Of a DNA stretch of 14,015 nucleotides, positions 8,297-14,015 are shown in pieces (the first letter of the stretch is position 1; each line of letters begins with the position of its first letter). Source of the stretch: Thermotogota bacterium (GTDB lineage: Bacteria > Thermotogota > Thermotogae > Petrotogales > Kosmotogaceae); the NCBI GenBank assembly GCA_034660555.1, contig JAYEJL010000073.1, forward strand, positions 1 through 14,015, written 5' to 3'. Position numbers and translations under genes: made by a program. The notes under the pieces were generated by a model. The model was given only the letters and a program-made list of their open reading frames with translations, did no database searches and was not told the origin of the DNA.

Positions 8297-9628
8297 TTGA
8301 AGATATATTTTAGAACCTTTGGTTGCCAGATGAACGTAAATGACTCAGAAACCATGGCTGGTATTCTTAAAAATGCAGGTCATGAGATTATTGATACCGA
8401 GAACAACGCTGACGCCGTAATAATAAACAGCTGTGCTGTAAGAGGCAAGTCTGAAAGAAAGGCTTATGGCAAACTGGGAAGACTCAAAGCGTTAAAGAAA
8501 AAAAAGAACGATTTGATTATTGGCTTTGGTGGATGTGTTGCTGAAAAAGAGAGAAAGAAGTTACTTGAATCCCATGAAGAATTGAATTTCGTTTTCGGAA
8601 CCCGAAATATTTCACAAATAAATGATTTCATCGAAAGAGCTTCAAAGGGAGAGCACTTCACTGATTTTTCAGATAAACTAGATGAGTTAGACTCAACAAC
8701 ACCACGATACAGAGAAAGTAATCATCATGCCTGGGTTACTATCATATACGGATGCGATAAGTTCTGCAGTTACTGCATAGTGCCTTATGTAAGAGGTAGA
8801 GAGAAGAGCAGAAAGATGGAAGACATTATCTCCGAAGTGAGAAAACTCGCTGACAACGGATACAAAGAAATCACATATCTCGGGCAAAATGTTGATTCTT
8901 ACGGCAATGATCTTGATGATGACACATCTTTATCAAAGCTAATAAAAGAAACATTAAAGATTGAGGGAATAGAAAGAATCTGGTTCCTTACATCTTACCC
9001 AAAAGATTTTTCAGAAGAACTCATTGAAACAATTGCTTCATCGGACAGAATATCAAAATCGATACATTTGCCCATACAATCAGGAAGTAACAAAATACTA
9101 AAAGCGATGAACAGAGGATATACAAGAGAAGAGTATTTGGAGCTTATTAGTAAAGTCAAAGAAAAATTACCCGAAGCATCATTAAGTACCGATCTCATTC
9201 TAGGCTTTCCCGGTGAAACAGAAAACGATTATCTGGAAACGAAAGAACTGCTTAAAATCGTGCGCTACGATAGAGTGAACTTTGCTGTTTATTCACCTCG
9301 TGAAGGAACGTTATCAGCAAGAAAATACGAAGACAATGTCCCTCATAAAGTCAAAACAGCACGATTAAATGAACTTCTCGAACTCCAGAAATCCATAAAT
9401 CAAGAGAAAAACGAACAATACATTGGAAAAAACGTAGAAATAATAGTTGAAGGCGTTTTGAAGGATGGAAATCTTTATGGGAGAACAATAACAAACAAAA
9501 TTGTAATATTCTCTGGTCCAAAAGAACTAATAGGTGAAAAAGCCGAAATAGAGATTCATAATATATCTGCAGGCCCCTTAAGGGGCATTTTGAGTACAAA
9601 AAATCTTCAACCCTCCCGAGAGCATTAG
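8297..9628 (+). CDS. miaB: tRNA-2-methylthio-N6-dimethylallyladenosine synthase MiaB
   Basis: UPF0004 N-terminus TFGCQMN..DSE, NSCAVR and GCVAE; radical-SAM CDKFCSYC followed by IVPYVRGREKSR; GFPGET; YSPREGT; C-terminal TRAM domain. TTG start with RBS. Confidence 0.95.
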   Translation: MKIYFRTFGCQMNVNDSETMAGILKNAGHEIIDTENNADAVIINSCAVRGKSERKAYGKLGRLKALKKKKNDLIIGFGGCVAEKERKKLLESHEELNFVFGTRNISQINDFIERASKGEHFTDFSDKLDELDSTTPRYRESNHHAWVTIIYGCDKFCSYCIVPYVRGREKSRKMEDIISEVRKLADNGYKEITYLGQNVDSYGNDLDDDTSLSKLIKETLKIEGIERIWFLTSYPKDFSEELIETIASSDRISKSIHLPIQSGSNKILKAMNRGYTREEYLELISKVKEKLPEASLSTDLILGFPGETENDYLETKELLKIVRYDRVNFAVYSPREGTLSARKYEDNVPHKVKTARLNELLELQKSINQEKNEQYIGKNVEIIVEGVLKDGNLYGRTITNKIVIFSGPKELIGEKAEIEIHNISAGPLRGILSTKNLQPSREH

Positions 9629-9646
9629 AACCTAGAAGTTTTTAAA

Positions 9647-9680
9647 TACGTAAAACGCACGGCCTACCAGCGTACAACGT
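9647..9680 (+). repeat. Degenerate ACAACG(C/T) heptamer block, copy 1
   Basis: TACGTAAAACGCACGGCCTACCAGCGTACAACGT, 25/34 identical without gaps to 10085-10118. Confidence 0.7.
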
Positions 9681-9693
9681 GTTTAGTCTTTAA

Positions 9694-9738
9694 AAAATTC
9701 ACACACCCGCCTTCGGCTCGCCCTCTCTAGAGGACATT
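9694..9738 (+). repeat. Twin-hairpin REP-like unit A1
   Basis: CACACACCC, GCC-TTC-GGC hairpin, GCCCTCT-CT-AGAGGAC hairpin, ATT. 43/45 identical to 10129-10173. Confidence 0.9.
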
Positions 9739-9776
9739 CAAAAACTTTAAACCCCGCTAATATACAGTGTTTTAAA

Positions 9777-9820
9777 AATCTCCCCTTACGAGGGGAGTCC
9801 TGCGAAGCAGGGGGGGTGTC
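9777..9820 (-). repeat. Twin-hairpin REP-like unit B (inverted relative to A)
   Basis: Plus strand: AAT, CTCCCCT-TACG-AGGGGAG, T, CCTGC-GAA-GCAGG, GGGGGTGTC. Confidence 0.85.
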
Positions 9821-9843
9821 AGGTTTTTGAATTACGCTCCAAA

Positions 9844-9887
9844 AATCCACCCTTGAGGGCAGGGGACCGCCTGCGGTGGTGGGTGTT
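9844..9887 (-). repeat. Twin-hairpin REP-like unit C (inverted relative to A)
   Basis: Plus strand: AAT, CCACCCT-TG-AGGGCAG (imperfect, G-T pairs on the minus strand), GGG, ACCGC-CT-GCGGT, GGTGGGTGTT. Starts 67 bp after B. Confidence 0.85.
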
Positions 9888-9910
9888 AATTTTCTCGAAT
9901 TCTCGTTTAT

Positions 9911-9957
9911 ATTCTCCTCTGTCAGAGGAGGGGACCGCGTTAGCGGTGAGGTGTGTG
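9911..9957 (-). repeat. Twin-hairpin REP-like unit D (inverted relative to A)
   Basis: Plus strand: ATT, CTCCTCT-GTC-AGAGGAG, GGG, ACCGC-GTTA-GCGGT, GAGGTGTGTG. Starts 67 bp after C. Confidence 0.85.
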
Positions 9958-9982
9958 TTTCTGATTTTTGATCCGTGTAGCG

Positions 9983-10061
9983 CATATGCATGCCTTCATC
10001 TGGCATACATATCCTGCTATCCCTCCAGCAGCATATCCGATTGTTTCCCAAATCGCATATC
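9983..10061. repeat. Mini-array of three hairpins joined by CATAT(C/G) linkers
   Basis: Linkers at 9983 (CATATG) and 10008, 10032, 10056 (CATATC). Hairpins ATGCC/GGCAT, CTGCT/AGCAG and CGATT/AATCG with 7-8-nt loops. Confidence 0.85.
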
Positions 10062-10084
10062 AACGGTTTAGAGTATTTTGAACT

Positions 10085-10118
10085 TACGAACAACGCACAA
10101 CCCACTGACGCACAACGT
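10085..10118 (+). repeat. ACAACG(C) heptamer block, copy 2
   Basis: TACGA ACAACGC ACAACCC ACTGACGC ACAACGT; precedes unit A2 just as copy 1 precedes A1. Confidence 0.75.
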
Positions 10119-10128
10119 CTCTTCGTGT

Positions 10129-10173
10129 AAAATTCACACACCCGCCTTCGGCTCGCCCTCTCAAGAGGGCATT
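10129..10173 (+). repeat. Twin-hairpin REP-like unit A2
   Basis: AAAATTCACACACCCGCCTTCGGCTCGCCCTCTCAAGAGGGCATT; direct repeat of A1 at 435-bp offset with a perfect GCCCTCT/AGAGGGC stem. Confidence 0.9.
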
Positions 10174-10202
10174 AAAAGCCAAAAGGATAATGGTCCACGT
10201 GT

Positions 10203-10278
10203 TTTTCTCGGATTCTCGGGCTCTCGGATTCTCGTCTTCTGGATCCCTCTCGAATTCTCGTCTACTTGATTTCTCTCG
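10203..10278. repeat. Octamer short tandem repeat tract with TCTCG core
   Basis: TCTCG at 10206, 10214, 10222, 10230 (8-bp period), then 10248, 10256 and 10274. Two more cores at 9893 and 9901. Confidence 0.85.
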
Positions 10279-10292
10279 TTTCCTGTAAATGG

Positions 10293-11447
10293 TCATCTAA
10301 ACACATTTATCGAAATATTAACCATGATAATGCAGAACATAGTAAATAACCCACCAAGAACGAGTTTAACTTTTGCAGCAGCTTCAGAAGATTTCATGAA
10401 TTCCTGTATCTTTTTTGTAGAAGAAGTATAGTAAGCAACTAGCGTTATTCCTATTACCGGTATTATGAAACCAATATTGTAAATAATCAAAAATCCAAGA
10501 GCCTCAGTATTTAAACCAACGCTGTTTATAACGTAAACAATTGTTGGCAGGTAAACCTGTCCGGTGCACATGAATTCAACAAAGGATATCAGAAGACCAG
10601 TAACCAAAGAAGCAAGCCATATCGTTTTCGCATGGGCATTTTTTCTTATTATTTCGTGAGTCTTTCTCTTAAGTCCTGGAGTTAATTCAAGAACACCCTT
10701 TTTACCTTTATATTTCATTCTAAAGAAATCATTTATAGATAGTATGGCAAGTAGTCCGGTAAAAACTGCCATTGCAGGATAAAAAATTAGCTGAAATATT
10801 CGAGAAATATTCTGAAGATAACCCACTGCTCCAAGCAATCCAGTCCCCATCGCTATGTATGCAGCGAACAATCCCAAAGCAAAATATAATCCAGCTATTA
10901 ATATTTCGTTTTTACTGCGTCCAACGTAGAATAAATATGAAACAAGGAAGATTAAAACAACAAAAGCGCAGGGATTGATTCCATCTATCAACCCTGCGCC
11001 AAGCACAATGAAGAAACTGAATTCTTCATAACGGCTCTTTATGCGCTGCGTAACATCTTCTTCCAATTCTTCAATTTCTTTAAGTTTGTTCTGTCTGACT
11101 TCTTCCGAATAATTTTCTATCGCACCAACAAGGTTATCTACTTTTATTTCTTCACCAAATAGAACTTCATTGCCTACAAAAATAATTGGATAAACATCAT
11201 AATTTTCTTCAGCGAGATCATAAACCTTTGCATATTTCAGCTTGAGTTCTTGATTTTTGGCTTCAGAAAGTAGAAACTTATTTACAACAATTTCCGCATC
11301 CACTTCAAATTTTGCGTTTTCAATAGTCATTTCAGCTTCCAGACATTCCTGACAGGTCGATACGCCGAAATAATCTATAACAACTTCGCTTCCAAATGAA
11401 ATTATTGTTATGAAAAATAGCAAGAAAAAACAAAGATATTTCTTCAT
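10293..11447 (-). CDS. Thioredoxin/glutaredoxin-like CxxC domain fused to a CcdA/DsbD-like transmembrane domain
   Basis: N-terminal signal/anchor, YFGVSTCQEC, YPIIFVG cis-Pro-like motif. About six TM helices carry the two Cys motifs DGINPCAF and EFMCTGQVYLP. RBS GAGGA upstream. Confidence 0.8.
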   Translation of the reverse strand: MKKYLCFFLLFFITIISFGSEVVIDYFGVSTCQECLEAEMTIENAKFEVDAEIVVNKFLLSEAKNQELKLKYAKVYDLAEENYDVYPIIFVGNEVLFGEEIKVDNLVGAIENYSEEVRQNKLKEIEELEEDVTQRIKSRYEEFSFFIVLGAGLIDGINPCAFVVLIFLVSYLFYVGRSKNEILIAGLYFALGLFAAYIAMGTGLLGAVGYLQNISRIFQLIFYPAMAVFTGLLAILSINDFFRMKYKGKKGVLELTPGLKRKTHEIIRKNAHAKTIWLASLVTGLLISFVEFMCTGQVYLPTIVYVINSVGLNTEALGFLIIYNIGFIIPVIGITLVAYYTSSTKKIQEFMKSSEAAAKVKLVLGGLFTMFCIIMVNISINVFR

Positions 11448-11460
11448 AGATTCCTCATTT

Positions 11461-13191
11461 TTACTTCCCTAAAGTCTCGTCAATTGTATAGAAATTTTCA
11501 GGCCAATCTCGATCTAAAGGACATATACCTTTAGGGTCATCAATAATATTGTTCTCTCCAAGAATCGTACCTCTGAAAACTGAGCCTCCACAACCACAAT
11601 CAGTACACATTCTTAGATAAAGATCAAGTCCATGAAGTATATTTGAATAGAACTTATTTTCATTGAGGGTAACTATTGAATCAGAATTTATAAGAATACC
11701 ATTTTCTTCATTACGTGTAACATGATTTGAAATAAGATAGCCGGTAGAATCTCCTGCCAGTGATACACCTACACGATTTCTATCAAATCTATTATCATTT
11801 ACTTTAAAAAGCAAATCGTTTGTCATCATAATTCCAGTTCCGCAATTCTTTACTGTGTTTGAATTCAAAAATAACCTTCCTTCTCCATATGCGTAAATCC
11901 CATAATATCTATCTCCGGGAAGATCTTCTACATCTTCTTCTTCAAGTGTAGATATATAACTGTCCTTAATGAGTAAATCGTTTTTTCCCGAACTGTATGT
12001 AAGAGCCGTTTTACCTCCAATAAGTTTGCAATTAATTATTTGCCCTGTGGATCTTGAAACCATTACAGAACGTTCTGCATCAATTATGGTAAGATTTTCT
12101 ATGCTGAATCCATTTGCCTGTCTTATATATATTCTTGCATTGCTTGATTTATCCGACTTAATGACAACAGAATCCCTATCTACACCTCTTAAAATAATCC
12201 CTTTAGTGATGCTTAAAGTTTCTTCATAAGTTCCCGGATGTACAAGAACGATATCGCCAGCCTTTGCAGCGTTGATAGCACTTTGAATTGTTGAATACAT
12301 GTCTTCTTCTGTACCAACTTCAATAATATTGCCTACTGTTTTATCAATAACCTTTATGTGAAATCTCTTTAGTTCACCATCTTCCTCATTACTGTTTATC
12401 CTAAAAATTACTTCATGTTCCTCTTTATCGTTAATGGAAGGAAGGTAATAATAATTTCCTTCATATGATAGGACTCCAGGTCCATCAACCAGCTCAAATC
12501 TACCTTTTTCATTAACTTCCAGCTGTTCATTTAGATCAATTTTTAATACCTCGTATCTGATTACTTCAAAAATCGTTTTTAAATCATCATAAGCAGGAGA
12601 AGCGGTTTTTTCCTCAACAATGAGAACAAAATGCTCGCTAATTTCATTACCACGATTATCCTTTACAGATATTCTTACTGGATGAATTCCAGGCAGTGCA
12701 GAACCTTCAAAAGCTTTATAAATGCGTTCTTCTATCTTTCCAGTGCCCTCAATGAGTTCATAGCTTATTTCATCACCATCCGGGTCTTCAAAGTATTCAT
12801 CGAGATTTAGCTCTATTATATCTCCTTCCATAAATCTCATGTCCTTTATCTCTCCAACAGGTGCATGATTGACATCTATAACTGTAATTTTAAAAGTACT
12901 TTTAAGCTCTTTCTTGTTTGAATCCCTTACCAGAACAGTAACTTCATGCTCTCCAGCAGAATCATAGTCAGGAGTGTAATGGTACTTGCCTTGATAAACA
13001 TAACCAACTCCAGAAACCTTAGCAAATTCAAGTGGTTCTTTCAGTGTTTCAGAAGCGTATTCTTTGAGTTCAATTTCAAGCTTTGAACCTTCTTCAATTT
13101 CTTGATCAGGAACTGCAAACGTATATTTGGTACATGAAGAAAGTAAACCAATAAAAATGAGAGCTATTAATAGAGATAATATTTTTTTCAT
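11461..13191 (-). CDS. Lipoprotein with ~3 Ig/cadherin-like repeats and a C-terminal right-handed beta-helix (NosD/pectin-lyase-like) domain
   Basis: Lipobox LSSC (Cys20). Repeats contain YTPDYDSAGEHEV, VIDVNHAP and FEDPDGDEISY. STIQSAINAAKAGDIVLVHPGTYEE is a beta-helix cap, followed by N/G-rich coils and a CTDCGC motif near the C-terminus. RBS GGAGGGG at 13202-13196. Confidence 0.8.
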   Translation of the reverse strand: MKKILSLLIALIFIGLLSSCTKYTFAVPDQEIEEGSKLEIELKEYASETLKEPLEFAKVSGVGYVYQGKYHYTPDYDSAGEHEVTVLVRDSNKKELKSTFKITVIDVNHAPVGEIKDMRFMEGDIIELNLDEYFEDPDGDEISYELIEGTGKIEERIYKAFEGSALPGIHPVRISVKDNRGNEISEHFVLIVEEKTASPAYDDLKTIFEVIRYEVLKIDLNEQLEVNEKGRFELVDGPGVLSYEGNYYYLPSINDKEEHEVIFRINSNEEDGELKRFHIKVIDKTVGNIIEVGTEEDMYSTIQSAINAAKAGDIVLVHPGTYEETLSITKGIILRGVDRDSVVIKSDKSSNARIYIRQANGFSIENLTIIDAERSVMVSRSTGQIINCKLIGGKTALTYSSGKNDLLIKDSYISTLEEEDVEDLPGDRYYGIYAYGEGRLFLNSNTVKNCGTGIMMTNDLLFKVNDNRFDRNRVGVSLAGDSTGYLISNHVTRNEENGILINSDSIVTLNENKFYSNILHGLDLYLRMCTDCGCGGSVFRGTILGENNIIDDPKGICPLDRDWPENFYTIDETLGK

Positions 13192-13245
13192 TATGCCCCT
13201 CCGATTAAAGTATACTAAAATAGACTGGTATAATATTCTTTGTTG

Positions 13246-13302
13246 ATTATATCATGACCTACACAGTAAAGGAATATAGATTTCATTGATCAATGATATA
13301 AT
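13246..13302. promoter_or_regulatory. Back-to-back extended -10 elements with an overlapping 14-bp palindrome
   Basis: TGATATAAT on the minus strand (13254-13246) and plus strand (13294-13302). Perfect palindrome TCATTGATCAATGA at 13283-13296. Confidence 0.55.
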
Positions 13303-13333
13303 TTACAGTGATCTACAACGTGAAAAAGATACT

Positions 13334-13361
13334 TTTACAGAAAATGAAAAGAGTGTATAAT
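13334..13361 (+). promoter_or_regulatory. Alternative putative promoter for the rightward lipoprotein
   Basis: TTTACA (13334-39), 16 nt, TATAAT (13356-61). Confidence 0.4.
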
Positions 13362-13438
13362 TATTGAAGCTGTGATATTCGCAACATTGTTTATTTTAAT
13401 ATACAAATTCACGCCAAAATTGGTGGAGGTGCAAAAAA

Positions 13439-14015
13439 GTGAAAAAAACAATACTATATGTTCTTATAGTTGCTTTGCTTGTTATGTTTGCAGGTTGTCC
13501 TACCCTATTTAATCCATTTGATTTACCTGATGATCCGTTAATTGCTAACGAGGGTGAAACGTTCACACTTGATTTAACAACGTACACGGACGCTGTCAAT
13601 ATTAAGGATATTAGTTATGAAGTAACACCTAATGAAGATGATATTGTAGTTGGAGAAATTATAGGCCAAAAATATGTTTGGGATGACCCTAAATTCAATG
13701 AAGAAACAGATGGTAAAGAGAAAATTACAATTGAAGCCAACAATAATCGTGGAAGAGTTGTCAGTGATACTCTCACAATTATCGCTAATAGACCACCATC
13801 TGTTCCAAAGTTAAAAGAACCTGATGATGGAGAAACAGTAACCATACCAGTTGAACTTAAATGGGAATCGTCAGATCCAGAAAATGATGTATTAAAGTTT
13901 CATGTTTATTTTGGTACAAATGGTAATATAAAACAAGAACAGTCAAATCTTACGAAAGAAGTCTTCGAAATAGACAGTCTTGATCAAGAAGATACTTATT
14001 ACTGGTTCATTGTAT
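13439..14015 (+). CDS. Lipoprotein with Ig-like and fibronectin type III-like domains (3' truncated by window)
   Basis: Not in the ORF track; translated by hand. RBS GGAGGTG 13425-31, GTG start, MKKTILYVLIVALLVMFAGC lipobox, open for 192 codons to the window end. NRPPSVP..PDDG..VELKWESSDPENDVLKFHVYFGT...TYYW is an Fn3-like pattern. Confidence 0.88.
   Translation, partial: MKKTILYVLIVALLVMFAGCPTLFNPFDLPDDPLIANEGETFTLDLTTYTDAVNIKDISYEVTPNEDDIVVGEIIGQKYVWDDPKFNEETDGKEKITIEANNNRGRVVSDTLTIIANRPPSVPKLKEPDDGETVTIPVELKWESSDPENDVLKFHVYFGTNGNIKQEQSNLTKEVFEIDSLDQEDTYYWFIV

Noticed and set aside
267..9599. Antisense or alternate-frame ORFs inside hup, the ABC genes, plsX, glmS, rsfS, rpsB and miaB (e.g. 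267-644, 1216-1635, 4455-4814, 7675-8190)
   Set aside because: Shadow ORFs of well-supported genes with Ser/Phe-rich composition and no motifs.
9777..10061. CRISPR array interpretation of the 67-bp or 24-bp periodic repeats
   Set aside because: The 67-bp units are too divergent and too long (44-47 nt), the CATATC linker is only 6 nt, and no cas genes or leader are in the window.
9973..10066. tRNA-like cloverleaf (three hairpins plus closing stem)
   Set aside because: Closing stem is only 4 bp, linkers are 6 nt or longer, and there is no TTC T-loop, D-loop consensus or CCA end on either strand.
9683..10141. 152-aa minus-strand ORF, plus ORFs 9853-10071, 10078-10269 and 10084-10296
   Set aside because: They run through hairpin and tandem repeats, have atypical composition and no recognisable domain or HUH/DDE motif. 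They are most likely spurious, and none looks like a transposase.
13371..13386. TGTGATATTCGCAACA as a CRP/Rex-like box
   Set aside because: The second half-site and spacing fit neither consensus well enough.
13396..13845. Minus-strand ORFs 13396-13599 and 13615-13845
   Set aside because: Antisense shadows of the plus-strand lipoprotein starting at 13439, which has an RBS, lipobox and domain motifs.

Overview
AT-rich bacterial chromosomal window. Gene order and protein style suggest Thermotogota, possibly Kosmotoga/Mesotoga-like (inference only). Left to right: hup (HU, minus strand, with terminator); a NitT/TauT-type ABC importer (binding protein, permease, ATPase); a housekeeping run of DUF177/yceD-rpmF-plsX-glmS-rsfS-[S2 leader RNA]-rpsB, a terminator, then miaB. 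A ~660-bp GC-richer non-coding repeat mosaic (9629-10292) follows between convergent genes. After it come a minus-strand pair (Ig-like/beta-helix lipoprotein plus CxxC-thioredoxin/CcdA-like membrane protein) and a divergent, window-truncated Ig-like/Fn3-like lipoprotein missing from the ORF track. The most unusual part is the mosaic. It holds five twin-hairpin REP-like units that conserve structure more than sequence (three at an exact 67-bp period), a mini-array of sequence-unrelated hairpins joined by a near-invariant CATAT(C) linker at a 24-25-bp period, ACAACG heptamer blocks and TCTCG octamer tracts. No mobilising enzyme is encoded in the window.
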